Notes: generated by a model from the sequence alone, not told the origin. A DNA stretch of 64,000 nucleotides from Candidatus Omnitrophota bacterium (GCA_026387175.1 JAPLME010000008.1:77091-141090); one strand, 5' to 3'. Numbered from the stretch's first letter, positions 11,152-21,744 are shown. Numbers and translations: made by a program.

Positions 11152-11436
11152 ATTTTTCGGCTCAAGCGTAAGTCTAGAGCCTTCGGGCACTTGCTTTCGC
11201 TCTTTACGAGCATCCCTCGCGTGGTGGTACTTCGCAGGGACGCAAAATTTCCCCTGCGAGGAAATTTTGCTCGGAAAGATCGCTCGCTCTTTTTGGCATA
11301 CAAGAATACCCGGGCCAAAAATCCGTGCCCGCTCGCGACTTTCGACGCCCTGCTTAGCACCACCCCGCGAGGGATAGCTGAGTAGCAGCGAAAGTATCGC
11401 CCGAAGGCTCTACTATTCGAGTGAGCCGAAAAATCT
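11150..11436. repeat. 287-nt nested imperfect palindrome (MITE/REP-like element or structured RNA)
   Basis: 15-bp perfect terminal IR AGATTTTTCGGCTCA/TGAGCCGAAAAATCT; nested arms TAGAGCCTTCGGGC/GCCCGAAGGCTCTA, CTTTCGCT/AGCGAAAG, ATCCCTCGCG/CGCGAGGGAT, GCAGGG/CCCTGC. Confidence 0.8.
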
Positions 11437-11528
11437 CCTGGCGGAGTAAGTAGAGAGTGAGATTGGAGCAGTGACCTGTAATCAGGTCTAGGCAGGCGGG
11501 GGCCAGTAAAAACCTAACGAAAGAGGGC

Positions 11529-12794
11529 ATGTTATACGATATAGCGTTTTTCATATTCGCGGTGTTTTATATACCGACTTTGATATTTAAGGGGAAGCTG
11601 CATAAAGATTTCCTCGAGCGGTTCGGTGTCTACAGTGATGTCCAGAAGGAAGCTCTCTGGCGCGCGAAAGATGTTGTATGGATACAGGCGGTGAGCGTGG
11701 GAGAGGTCGCGCTCTGCAAGAGTTTTATTCCGGCGCTTAAAAAGGAATTTCCCGCAAAATCGATAGTCTTGTCCACGATAACAAGGACCGGCAATGATCT
11801 TGCGAAGAAACTTTTCTCAGGCGATGCCGTTATAATCTATTTTCCGCTCGATTACTCGTTCATAGTAAAGAGAGTCGTAAATAGGATACATCCAAAACTC
11901 TATATAATGATAGAGACCGAGATATGGCCGAATGTATTGAAGGAACTGCATTATAAACATGTGCCGGCGATTTTGATCAACGGCAGGATTTCGGACCGCT
12001 CTTTTGGAAAGTATAAACTTGTAAGAATATTTTTATCCGATACGCTCGATAGGATAAACTCATTCTGTATGCAGTCGGATATCGATGCCGAAAGGATAAG
12101 ATGCCTGGGCGCCGCGCCCGATAGAGTTAAGGTCACCGGCAATATGAAATTCGACGCGGATATTATGTTGAATAGCGCTCACGACGCGGATATTAAAGAA
12201 TTATTCGCCCTGAAAGACGGTGACGAGGTCTTCGTCGCGGGTTCGACTCACGGCGGCGAGGAGGAGACGGTGGTATCGGTATACAGGGAGCTCATAAAAG
12301 ACTTCCCGAAGCTAAAACTTGTGATAGCCCCCCGCCATATCGAAAGGGCGACTGAGGTTGAGAATATCGTAAAACGCTCCGGCCTGGACGTGGTGAGAAT
12401 GACGAAGAAGCAGGGTAGTTCTACGCCTCGCGTTTATGTTATTGACGCGATCGGCCATCTGAATGACGCCTATTCCATGGCCGAGATCGTTTTTATCGGA
12501 GGAAGCCTTATTTCTCACGGAGGGCAGAACCCTATAGAGCCGGCGCTTTTCGGGAAACCGGTGATATTCGGCCCTTATATGTTTAACTTTAAGGCCATCG
12601 CATCCGCTCTGCTGAAGAATAAAGGCGCCATCCAGGTTAAGGACCGGAAAGAGTTGCTTATGAAAGCCGATTATCTTTTGAAGAACAAAGATGCGAGGAC
12701 GGCTCTCGGCAATAATGCCAGGAACACAATATACGAAAACCGCGGCGCGGCCTCGCGGAACCTCGAAGCCGTTAAAGAGCTTGTGAATGGTTAA
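11529..12794 (+). CDS. waaA: Kdo transferase
   Basis: WIQAVSVGE, ETEIWPN, GNMKFD, AGSTHGGEE, APRH, GGQNPIEPA. Confidence 0.95.
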   Translation: MLYDIAFFIFAVFYIPTLIFKGKLHKDFLERFGVYSDVQKEALWRAKDVVWIQAVSVGEVALCKSFIPALKKEFPAKSIVLSTITRTGNDLAKKLFSGDAVIIYFPLDYSFIVKRVVNRIHPKLYIMIETEIWPNVLKELHYKHVPAILINGRISDRSFGKYKLVRIFLSDTLDRINSFCMQSDIDAERIRCLGAAPDRVKVTGNMKFDADIMLNSAHDADIKELFALKDGDEVFVAGSTHGGEEETVVSVYRELIKDFPKLKLVIAPRHIERATEVENIVKRSGLDVVRMTKKQGSSTPRVYVIDAIGHLNDAYSMAEIVFIGGSLISHGGQNPIEPALFGKPVIFGPYMFNFKAIASALLKNKGAIQVKDRKELLMKADYLLKNKDARTALGNNARNTIYENRGAASRNLEAVKELVNG

Positions 12795-13824
12795 GTTTAT
12801 ATATTCATTGATGACGGACAAAAGGCGCGGCGTGGTATGGGTGCCCTTTAAAGCGGCGCTATACCTGTTGTCTATTATTTATGGAATTGCTATCTTCTGT
12901 AGAAAGATATTATACGGGTTAAAAATATTTAAGGCGCACAGGGTCTCCCTTAAGGTAGTCAGCGTCGGCAACCTTACGCTCGGCGGCACCGGTAAGACGC
13001 CTTTTACGATAGCCCTCGCAGGGCTGTTGGAAGATGAGTTGCGTTCCTCGGCGGCCGTTCTGATCCGCGGTTATGGCTGGGATGAGCAGGCGCTTCTCAA
13101 GAAAAACCTGCCCGATACGCCGATACTTGTAGGAGAGGATCGCGTTAAATCGGCGCATAAAGCGATAAGGCTCTACGGCAGCCAGTTTGCCGTCCTGGAT
13201 GACGGTTTTCAGCACTGGGAGATCAAGCAGGACCTCGATATCGTGCTGGTCGATTCAAGGAACCCATTCGGGAATAATCGTCTCTTCCCGCGCGGAGTTC
13301 TTAGGGAACCCAAGAACGCTTTAAAGAGGGCACAGGTGGTAGTATTTACCAAGGTAAATAAGAAGGCCGCCGGTCTGGATATCCTCAAAGACGAGATAAA
13401 GAAGATAAACGGGGATATTATTTTTCTGGAGGCCTCTCACAGGCCCTCGCATATATATGATCCGAAGGCTCGGAAGGATCGCGGATTATCATTCGTATCC
13501 GGCAAGAGGGTGGCCTTAGTGTCCGGCATAGGCGACCCCGCGTATTTTGAAGAGACGGTGAAGGACCTCGGAGCGGTGGTCCTTGACCATATGATATTCG
13601 GCGATCATTACAATTTTAAAGAAAAAGATATAGAGCAGATTATAAAAATGTGCGGCGTGAAGACGCCCGATTTCCTGATAACGACCGAGAAGGACGCGGT
13701 GAAGTTCGCGCGTATGAGCTACTCGTTCGGAAAATACACAATGATGACGCTTGCTATCCGTATGGATATAACTAGCGGCAGGGAGCAATTAATTGATAGA
13801 CTTCGCAGCGTACGTATTAGTTAG
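12787..13824 (+). CDS. lpxK: Tetraacyldisaccharide 4'-kinase
   Basis: VGNLTLGGTGKTP, LDDGFQH, FPRGVLREP, TTEKDAVK. Confidence 0.95.
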   Translation: MVKFIYSLMTDKRRGVVWVPFKAALYLLSIIYGIAIFCRKILYGLKIFKAHRVSLKVVSVGNLTLGGTGKTPFTIALAGLLEDELRSSAAVLIRGYGWDEQALLKKNLPDTPILVGEDRVKSAHKAIRLYGSQFAVLDDGFQHWEIKQDLDIVLVDSRNPFGNNRLFPRGVLREPKNALKRAQVVVFTKVNKKAAGLDILKDEIKKINGDIIFLEASHRPSHIYDPKARKDRGLSFVSGKRVALVSGIGDPAYFEETVKDLGAVVLDHMIFGDHYNFKEKDIEQIIKMCGVKTPDFLITTEKDAVKFARMSYSFGKYTMMTLAIRMDITSGREQLIDRLRSVRIS

Positions 13825-15733
13825 GGCCTTAAACGTAATTTTCAGTGTCTTGCCCGTGAGTTTTGCCTTATGGCTCGGGCGCCGCTTAGGAATAGTTGCC
13901 TTCTGGGTCAATAAGAAGAGAAGATTGATAGCTTACGCGAATTTGAAAGCGGCGTTCGCGCATGAGAAATCTCCCCGGGAGCTTCGCGCTATAACCAAGC
14001 GTGTGTATCAGAATATGGTTCAGACTTTCATGGAAGTGTTGAACCTTACCAAAATAAATAAAAAGTATGTCGACAAATATATCGATATCGTCAACATCGA
14101 ACGCATACAAAATGCCGCGCAGTCGGGGAGAGGCACGATCCTGCTCACTGCGCATTTTGGCGACTGGGAACTCTCCAGCCTGGTGAGTTCCGCTGTCGGA
14201 TTTCCCATCGCGGTCCTTGTGCGCGAGCAGAAGATGAAACGTTTAAACGAACTGCTGAACCGTTTAAGGGAGTCGAATGGCTGTAAGGTGATAAGGAAAG
14301 GGATGGATGTAAAGAACCTCATAACGATGCTCAGAGAAAAGAAGATCGTGGGGATACTCGCCGATCAGGATGCCGGCAGGAACGGTACGCTGGTGGACTT
14401 CTTTGGCCGCCCCACATCATCTCATTCGGGATCGATGGAGATAGCGAGGCGCACAGATTCCATGGTACTGCCCGCGTTCATAGTGCGCACTAAGGGGCCG
14501 TACCATAAACTTTATCTCGAAGAATATATCGATTTCAGAAATACGCAGTCGCCGGATGCGGTAAAAGAGAATCTTCAGAAGTATATGAAGCTGCTCGAAA
14601 GATATGTGAGAGAATATCCCGATCAATGGTTGTGGCTTCATAAGAGATGGAAGTCCACGCCCGTCAGGACTGTACTGGTCCTGAGCGATGGCAAAGCGGG
14701 CCATCTCAACCAATCGCTTGCGATAGCGCGCCAGATACAGAAGGTCAGGATCACCCAGGGCTACAAAGAGGCGGACACAAGGATCGTAACCGTCGATGTT
14801 AAATATAAGAGTAAGTTTACCAGGGCAGTGCTTACCGCGGCCGCTAAATTCGCTACCTGGAGATGCCATGGCCTGATGAAGTGTATGAAGGCCTGTCTGG
14901 AGAAAGGGTCGTACGATACACTGATGAGGACATATTCAGAATATGTCGTCTCCTGCGGTTCCGTGACGGCCCCCGTAAATGTCTTTATGGCGAAGGAGAA
15001 TAACGCGGAAAATATCACAATAATGAAGCCCAGCATTATAAATTTAAGGCAATTCAGCCTTGCGATCATTCCGAAACACGATAAGCCGCCCTTAAAGAAA
15101 AATGTCGTGACGACAACGCTTGCCCCGAACCTGATAGACCGTGACAGTATGCGTGAATACGGCGCGCGGCTTAAGGATCAGGTGAATATTGAAAAGAACA
15201 TTGTGCTGGGAGCCCTGATTGGCGGCAGCAATCCTGAATTCACGATGACTAAAGATATGGCAAATAAAGCGATCTCGGGGCTTATCGAATTCTGCAAAGC
15301 CTATGACGCGGACCTTCTGCTTACGACATCACGGCGCACGCCGAAAGAAGTGGAAACGCTCATAAAGGAGAGGTTAAGCAAATACAGGTTTTGTAAGCTC
15401 ATCGTGATCGCGAATGAGAAGAATATGGAAGGAGCCGTAGCGGGTATACTAGACCTTTCGGATATAGTGACAGTCTCCGGCGAGTCGGTCTCTATGGTTT
15501 CAGAGGCGATACATTCCGGCAAGAAGGTCGTCGTCTTCGATCTCGAAAAGAATAATAAGCGTATCACAAAGTATGAACGTGTCCTGGATTCGCTGGAACG
15601 CGAGGGTTATGTTAACTGCGCGCATCCCGCGGATCTCGGGACGAGGCTCGATAAGGTCTGGAGGACCGTGCGCGCCATCAAGAAAGTCGATGACCGCGAC
15701 AGGACTATTGAGGCGGTCAAAAAATTGCTGTAA
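13793..15733 (+). CDS. Fusion of a lipid A late acyltransferase (LpxL/HtrB family) and an ELM1/GtrOC1-like putative glycosyltransferase
   Basis: N-half TAHFGDWE, LADQ, YPDQWLWLHKRWK; C-half LSDGKAGHLNQS, IIPKHD, LIGG, TTSRRTP, SGESVSMVSEA. Confidence 0.82.
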   Translation: MIDFAAYVLVRALNVIFSVLPVSFALWLGRRLGIVAFWVNKKRRLIAYANLKAAFAHEKSPRELRAITKRVYQNMVQTFMEVLNLTKINKKYVDKYIDIVNIERIQNAAQSGRGTILLTAHFGDWELSSLVSSAVGFPIAVLVREQKMKRLNELLNRLRESNGCKVIRKGMDVKNLITMLREKKIVGILADQDAGRNGTLVDFFGRPTSSHSGSMEIARRTDSMVLPAFIVRTKGPYHKLYLEEYIDFRNTQSPDAVKENLQKYMKLLERYVREYPDQWLWLHKRWKSTPVRTVLVLSDGKAGHLNQSLAIARQIQKVRITQGYKEADTRIVTVDVKYKSKFTRAVLTAAAKFATWRCHGLMKCMKACLEKGSYDTLMRTYSEYVVSCGSVTAPVNVFMAKENNAENITIMKPSIINLRQFSLAIIPKHDKPPLKKNVVTTTLAPNLIDRDSMREYGARLKDQVNIEKNIVLGALIGGSNPEFTMTKDMANKAISGLIEFCKAYDADLLLTTSRRTPKEVETLIKERLSKYRFCKLIVIANEKNMEGAVAGILDLSDIVTVSGESVSMVSEAIHSGKKVVVFDLEKNNKRITKYERVLDSLEREGYVNCAHPADLGTRLDKVWRTVRAIKKVDDRDRTIEAVKKLL

Positions 15734-15772
15734 ATTTTTCAATCCACGAAGAAATAATTTGAAAACAAACTT

Positions 15773-17887
15773 ATGAATATACTGCAGATATTACCGACAC
15801 TCGATATAGGAGGGGTTGAGACGGGGACGATCGATCTGGCGCGGTATCTCGTGAAGAACGGTCATAAGGCGATCGTCGTTTCAGGCGGCGGCCGCCTTGT
15901 AAAAGAGCTGGAGGCGATCGGCTCGCGCCACTATATGCTTCCTGTGGGCAAGAAGTCGCTCTTTAACATCATCCGAATGGTCAATGAGCTTTCCGACATA
16001 ATACGCAGGGAGGATATCGACATAGTTCACGCGCGTTCGAGAGTTCCGGCCTTAATAGCGTATTTCGCATGCAAGAGAACGAACCGGGTATTGATAACGA
16101 CCGCTCACGGATATTATACAAAGCATCTAATGAGCGAGTCTATGGGGTGGGGTAAGTTCGTCATCGTCGCTTCCAACATAATGGCGAAACATATGGCCGG
16201 TCCATTCAACGTGCCGTATGACAGAATAAAACTGATACCCCGCGGCGTGGACTTGAGCCAATTCACTTTAAGGCAGGAGAAGCCCGCCGGAGCGAACGAA
16301 TTTGTGATAGGCATTGTATCGCGCATAACACCTCTTAAAGGGCACTCGGACTTCATAAAGGCCATATCGCTTATAAGGGGTCAGATACCGGGTCTTAAGG
16401 TCCTGATAGTAGGGTCCGCGCCTAAGGACAAATACAGGGAGGATATAGAACTGCTTATAAGGCAGCTTGGGCTATCGAAGACGATAGAGCTTACCGGCGC
16501 CCGCCAGGATGTGCCTAAGGTCATGAGCGGACTGGATATGCTCCTCTCCGCCACGGTTACGCCGGAGGCGTTTGGCCGCGTGATAATAGAGGCTCAGGCG
16601 ATAGGGGTGCCTGTGGTAGCGACTAATGTGGGAGGCGTCGTCGATATCGTTGAGAATGAAGAGACCGGATTACTATGCGAACCTCAGAATCCCCGCGATA
16701 TGGCGGATAAGATCCTGAAACTCTACAGAGATAACGAGCTGGCCAGGCGCATGGTTATAAAGGCCAGGAAGCGAGTGGAGGAAGATTTTAATTCCGATAA
16801 GATGATGCAGAGGACTTTGGCCGTATATGAGGAAGCGATAAAGACGCAAAACATTCTCATTATAAAGATGAGCGCCATAGGCGATGTTATATTGAGTATA
16901 CCGTCCCTGCGGGCAATACGGGCGAAATATCCGAACGCCAGGATCAAGGTTCTGACCGCCCTGTCATCCAGAGAGGTTCTTGACGGATGCCCGTATATAA
17001 ATGACCGTATAGTCTGCGATTTTAAAGAGAGGCACAAAGGAATTAAAGGATTGTGGTGGCTGGCTAGAGAGGTCCGGAAAGAGTGTTTCGAGATAGTGAT
17101 AGATCTTCAGAATAATCGCAAGAGCCATATACTGGCGTATCTGAGCCTGGCGGGTCTAAGATATGGTTATGACAATGGGAAGCTCTCGTTCCTTTTAAAT
17201 AGAAAGATAAAGAATGATGCTCCACATCTCGATCCAATAGAGCACCAGTTCAGGGCGCTTAGGATGGCTGGGGTGAAACCCGCTGATAAGCAGTTAGCTT
17301 TATGGCCTTCGGAGCGCGATAAGGCCTGGGCGAAGAAATTTCTGGAAGATAATTGGGTGAGACAGGGTCAGAATCTCATCGGTATAAATGTCAGGGCTTC
17401 TACCCGTTGGGTGAGTAAAAATTGGCCCTCCGGCCATATAGTAGAGTTATGCGATCGCTTGGCAAAAGAATATAATGTGCGCGTTATCCTTACGGGAACC
17501 GATGAGGATGTTGAGTACGCCGAAGCTATAGCAAGCTCCGCTAGGTCGAAACCCATTATATCGGCAGGCAAGACGACTGTCATGGAGCTTGCGGCGCTTA
17601 TAAAGTGCTTTAAGGTCTTTCTGACCCCTGATTCGGCTCCGATGCACATAGCGTCAGCTATGGGCACTCCTTTCGTAGCGTTATTCGGCCCGACGGACCC
17701 CGCGCGCCACGTCGCGCCTTCTGGGAACTGCGTTGTACTCTGCAAAGCCAGAGAAGTGAGATGCAGTCCGTGTTATAAATCCGAATGCCGCAAGAAAGTC
17801 ATCTGCATGCGCAAGATAACGGTGGATGATGTTCTCGAAGCCGTAAAGGTTTTTTTGCCGCGGCAAAAAGAAGGGGACGCGAAGTGA
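15773..17887 (+). CDS. Fusion of a GT4 glycosyltransferase and a GT9 heptosyltransferase
   Basis: N-half GGVET, HARSR, EAFGRVIIEA; C-half SAIGDVIL, DSAPMHIA, LFGPT. Confidence 0.85.
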   Translation: MNILQILPTLDIGGVETGTIDLARYLVKNGHKAIVVSGGGRLVKELEAIGSRHYMLPVGKKSLFNIIRMVNELSDIIRREDIDIVHARSRVPALIAYFACKRTNRVLITTAHGYYTKHLMSESMGWGKFVIVASNIMAKHMAGPFNVPYDRIKLIPRGVDLSQFTLRQEKPAGANEFVIGIVSRITPLKGHSDFIKAISLIRGQIPGLKVLIVGSAPKDKYREDIELLIRQLGLSKTIELTGARQDVPKVMSGLDMLLSATVTPEAFGRVIIEAQAIGVPVVATNVGGVVDIVENEETGLLCEPQNPRDMADKILKLYRDNELARRMVIKARKRVEEDFNSDKMMQRTLAVYEEAIKTQNILIIKMSAIGDVILSIPSLRAIRAKYPNARIKVLTALSSREVLDGCPYINDRIVCDFKERHKGIKGLWWLAREVRKECFEIVIDLQNNRKSHILAYLSLAGLRYGYDNGKLSFLLNRKIKNDAPHLDPIEHQFRALRMAGVKPADKQLALWPSERDKAWAKKFLEDNWVRQGQNLIGINVRASTRWVSKNWPSGHIVELCDRLAKEYNVRVILTGTDEDVEYAEAIASSARSKPIISAGKTTVMELAALIKCFKVFLTPDSAPMHIASAMGTPFVALFGPTDPARHVAPSGNCVVLCKAREVRCSPCYKSECRKKVICMRKITVDDVLEAVKVFLPRQKEGDAK

Positions 17888-18981
17888 AGGTACTGCAGGT
17901 GACAACGCACTTCAATATAGGCGGCATATCCGGGTACATACTGGCTTTGTCCAGGGCCCTTGAGGCCAAGGGGATCGAAGTGATAGTTGCCTCATCCGGT
18001 GGAGATCTTGAGAGCGGCCTGGCTGAATGCCGTATACCGCATCACCGTCTTGGAATAAGGACAAAATTTGAATTCGGCCCAAAGACGATACTGTCGGGTT
18101 TTAAGATCGCTGGAATAGTCAGGGATGAAAAGATAGACATAATACATGCGCATACACGCGTTTCGCAGGTTGCCGCGAGCTTAGCGTCGATGATTACGGG
18201 TGTGCCGTATATCACAACATGCCACGGATATTTTAAGAAAAGGGCTAGAGGCTTTCTGGATACATGGGGCCTCAAGGTTATCGCGATAAGCGATGCTGTA
18301 AGGAAACACTTGAAAGATGACCTGGGTGTCGCTGAATCAAGGATCGCTTTAATCTACAGCGGTGTCGACGAAGGACGATTTTCGCCGCGTCTTTCACAGG
18401 GTGAAATTGATATGGTGAAGAGGGCCGCAGGCTTAAGGGAGGGCCCGGTGATCGGGACTATTGGCAGGTTATCCTCCGTTAAGGGGCAGAGGTTTTTCAT
18501 TATGGCGATGAAGGATATCATTGCTGAGAGGCCCGATGCGCAAGCCCTGATAATCGGCAATGGCCCTGAAGAGGCGGTTCTGAAAGCCCTGGCTGGGTCT
18601 CTGGGGATCGACGGCTCCGTTAAATTCATAGAATCCTGCACAGGCACATATAAGTATTTGTCGATAATGGATCTCTTTGTATTTCCGTCAATAAAAGAGG
18701 GCCTTGGCATAGCGCTTCTCGAAGCGATGGCCTCGGGGAGGGCGTGTATCGCGTCTCGAACCGGCGGAATAGAGGATATAATTACAGACGGTTTTGACGG
18801 CCTCCTCGTTGACGTCGGAGACTCATCCGGTATAGCCAGCGCCGTGATACGTCTTTTGAAGGATGACGTTTTACGCAAAAAGCTGGGTGAGGAAGCCCTT
18901 GCGCTTGTCCGGAGCAAATTTACGCTCGATTCCATGGCCGATAAAGTTTCGAAATTATATAAGGAAACGGTAAAGAGATGA
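17884..18981 (+). CDS. GT4 family glycosyltransferase
   Basis: HAHTR, GRLSSVKG, EGLGIALLEAMA. Confidence 0.88.
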   Translation: MKVLQVTTHFNIGGISGYILALSRALEAKGIEVIVASSGGDLESGLAECRIPHHRLGIRTKFEFGPKTILSGFKIAGIVRDEKIDIIHAHTRVSQVAASLASMITGVPYITTCHGYFKKRARGFLDTWGLKVIAISDAVRKHLKDDLGVAESRIALIYSGVDEGRFSPRLSQGEIDMVKRAAGLREGPVIGTIGRLSSVKGQRFFIMAMKDIIAERPDAQALIIGNGPEEAVLKALAGSLGIDGSVKFIESCTGTYKYLSIMDLFVFPSIKEGLGIALLEAMASGRACIASRTGGIEDIITDGFDGLLVDVGDSSGIASAVIRLLKDDVLRKKLGEEALALVRSKFTLDSMADKVSKLYKETVKR

Positions 18982-19754
18982 AGAAATTTCGTATAATAGC
19001 AGTTTCAGCCGTCTTCCTGATAATAGGCTCAGCCGCATTCGTGTTCATGAAGACGGCGTATGTTGTGCCGGTGCTCATGTATCACGCAATAGATTATAAT
19101 GATAAAGTGACCAAGCTGTCGGTCAGTCCCGAGAGCTTCGAAAAACAGATGAAGTTCCTGCATGAAAATAAATATAATGTCGTGACGCTCGAAAAGCTCG
19201 TCTCGTATATTAAAAATAAAGATAAAATTCCGCCGAAGACGGTAGTCATAACGCTCGACGACGGTTTTTATAATAATTACCAGTTCGCGTATCCCGTATT
19301 GAAGAAATATGATATTCCGGCAACGATATTTGTCATAGTCGAAAAGATAGGCCAGCCGGGTTGGCTCAGCTGGAAGGATATTAAAGAGATGTCCGATTCA
19401 GGGGTTATCACAATAGGAAGCCACACGCTATCGCATAAGTGGCTTACGGATCTGGGGACGAAACAGCTCAAGTCCGAGCTGTCGCTCTCGAAGGCGATGC
19501 TTGAAGAGAAGATCGGTAAACCGGTAAATGTGTTGTGCTATCCTATCGGGGCGCATAACCAAAGGGTGGAGAGAGAGGCAGGCCTGGCCGGTTATACATG
19601 CGCTGTTGCGACCAATCCAGGGCGGTTTTCACCTATTGATGACATATATTCCATAAAGCGCATAAAAGTATCCCGTACCTCTGATAACCTATTTGTGTTC
19701 TGGTTAGAGGCGAGCGGATATTATACATGGGTGAAGGAGCGCAGAGACAATTGA
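18978..19754 (+). CDS. Polysaccharide deacetylase (CE4) with an N-terminal membrane anchor
   Basis: PVLMYH, ITLDDG, IGSHTLSH, CYPIG. Confidence 0.9.
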   Translation: MKKFRIIAVSAVFLIIGSAAFVFMKTAYVVPVLMYHAIDYNDKVTKLSVSPESFEKQMKFLHENKYNVVTLEKLVSYIKNKDKIPPKTVVITLDDGFYNNYQFAYPVLKKYDIPATIFVIVEKIGQPGWLSWKDIKEMSDSGVITIGSHTLSHKWLTDLGTKQLKSELSLSKAMLEEKIGKPVNVLCYPIGAHNQRVEREAGLAGYTCAVATNPGRFSPIDDIYSIKRIKVSRTSDNLFVFWLEASGYYTWVKERRDN

Positions 19755-20770
19755 GTAAGCGGATACTGATAGTAAATGTCAACTGGGTCGGCGACGTGTT
19801 ATTCTCGACACCGTTTATAAGAGCCGTGCGCGAGGCGAACCCGGACGCTTATATCGCATGCCTGTTGCATCCGAGATGCAAGGAGATACTGGAATCCAAT
19901 CCCAGGCTTAATGAGATAATAGTATACGACGAGGAGGGCGCCCATAAGAGCCTTTTCGGTAAGTGGGCAATTATAAAAGAATTGAAAGAGAAGAGGTTCG
20001 ATACGGCATTCCTGCTCCATCGTTCATTCACGAAAGCCCTGCTCACATATCTGGCCGGAATAAAAGAGAGAGTAGGTTATCCGACCAAGAATAGAGGCGG
20101 TATTATCACGCATCTGGTTGAAGAGCCGTCCGAGGAACTGCACAAAGTCGAATATTTCCTGAACATCGCGCGCGCCTGCGGCATCGACGTCAAAGATTCT
20201 TCATATGAGTTCTTCGTTCAGGATCCGGACAGGAAGTACATTAAAGAATTGATGAGTCAATACGGTGTGACCGATAAAGATATAGTTGTTGTTCTCTGCC
20301 CTGCGGGAAACTGGCCCCCCAAGAGATGGCCGGTCGAGAATTTCGCGCGGCTGGGCGATGAGTTGGCGGAAAAATTCGGGGCGAAGATCGTGCTTTCCGC
20401 CTCAGAGAAGGATTTAAAGCTCGCTGAAGAGATAAAGAGTGTGATGGCGTGCAACCCGGTGATTACGGCGGGCAAGACCAACCTGAAGCAGCTCGGAGCG
20501 CTCTTGGAGCGCGCGGACCTCGTGGTGGCCAATGACACAGGCCCTATGCATATGGCAGTCGCGGTCGGCGCGAAGACGATCGCGTTATTCGGCCCGACAT
20601 CCGCGCGTCTTACGGGCCCGTATGGTAAAGGCAGTTATCGGGTCATATCCAGAAATGAATCCTGTGAAGTGCCGTGTTACGATATCAGATGCACGGATAA
20701 CGCCTGCATGTCGGCTATAAAGGTTGAAGATGTTCTTAGCGAAGCGAATGAGGCACTGGCGAAGATATGA
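19751..20770 (+). CDS. waaF: LPS heptosyltransferase II (GT9)
   Basis: NWVGDVLFSTP, KRWP, NDTGPMHMA, LFGPT; TTG start at 19751 overlaps the previous stop. Confidence 0.8.
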   Translation: MSKRILIVNVNWVGDVLFSTPFIRAVREANPDAYIACLLHPRCKEILESNPRLNEIIVYDEEGAHKSLFGKWAIIKELKEKRFDTAFLLHRSFTKALLTYLAGIKERVGYPTKNRGGIITHLVEEPSEELHKVEYFLNIARACGIDVKDSSYEFFVQDPDRKYIKELMSQYGVTDKDIVVVLCPAGNWPPKRWPVENFARLGDELAEKFGAKIVLSASEKDLKLAEEIKSVMACNPVITAGKTNLKQLGALLERADLVVANDTGPMHMAVAVGAKTIALFGPTSARLTGPYGKGSYRVISRNESCEVPCYDIRCTDNACMSAIKVEDVLSEANEALAKI

Positions 20771-21744
20771 TAATAGATAAGGCCGAAGTAAAACGCATAC
20801 TTGTAATCACCTTAAGCAACCTGGGGGATATAATCCTCACGACTCCCGTCATCGCGTCTTTGCGGCTCGAGTTTCCCGATTCAAGGATAGACGTTCTGGT
20901 CGGGCCTGTCGGCAGGGAGGTCTTTGAAAAAGATCGGAATATATTCAAGGTTATCATATATGATAAACATATGCCGATCGCGGGGAAGAGAAGACTCCAA
21001 TTGAAATTGAAGAAATTGAGTTATGACCTTGTCGTGGATCTCAGAAACACCGTCTTTGGCCTTTTGATAGGTCCGAAATACAGGACGGCAACGATACAGC
21101 ATTTTCCTCCACACATTGTTCATAGTGTAGACAGGCATCTGCATAGGCTGAAGTCTCTCGGTATAAAAAGCCATGAAAGGCGGACATATATACATATTAT
21201 GCAGGAGGACGAAGCATATGTGTCGGGCCTTCTTAAGGCATCAGGGGTGCGGGAGAAGTTCATAGTTATATCCCCCGGCGCAAAGAGCCACCTGAAGCGC
21301 TGGACGCAGGAAGGCTTCGCGACTGTTGCCGACAGGCTTGCCGATGAATGCAAGGCGGATATCGTCTTTATCGGTTCCAAAGAAGACGAGATGATCGTGT
21401 CCGGCGTAGTAAAAAAGATGAAACATAAGCCGCACAATTTTACGAATAAAACCAATATAAGGCAGCTTGGTGATCTATTAAAACGCTCAAGATTACTGAT
21501 AACCAATGACAGCGCGCCGCTTCATCTCGGATGCGCTATAGGCGCCAGGGTGCTGGCGATATTCGGTCCGACCGACCCCAAAAAATATGGGCCCATAGGG
21601 GAGTTTGACGTGGTTATCAATAAGAAGCTGTTCTGTTCGCCGTGCGAAGATGCCGTGTGCAAATCCAATTACGAGTGTATGTCGCTGATAATGCCCGGAG
21701 ACGTGTTTGAATCGGCAAAGATGATCGTTGAGGGATATGAGTAA
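20767..21744 (+). CDS. GT9 family heptosyltransferase
   Basis: SNLGDIILTTP, KRW, NDSAPLHL, IFGPT. Confidence 0.88.
   Translation: MIIDKAEVKRILVITLSNLGDIILTTPVIASLRLEFPDSRIDVLVGPVGREVFEKDRNIFKVIIYDKHMPIAGKRRLQLKLKKLSYDLVVDLRNTVFGLLIGPKYRTATIQHFPPHIVHSVDRHLHRLKSLGIKSHERRTYIHIMQEDEAYVSGLLKASGVREKFIVISPGAKSHLKRWTQEGFATVADRLADECKADIVFIGSKEDEMIVSGVVKKMKHKPHNFTNKTNIRQLGDLLKRSRLLITNDSAPLHLGCAIGARVLAIFGPTDPKKYGPIGEFDVVINKKLFCSPCEDAVCKSNYECMSLIMPGDVFESAKMIVEGYE

Noticed and set aside
11150-11436. Possible RNase P RNA, tmRNA or dif site next to xerC
   Set aside because: No GAGGAAAGTCC or tRNA-like ends and no dif-like 28-mer were recognised.
11046-11554. Short ORFs across the xerC-waaA gap
   Set aside because: They lie in the nested palindrome, lack an SD and have low-information composition.
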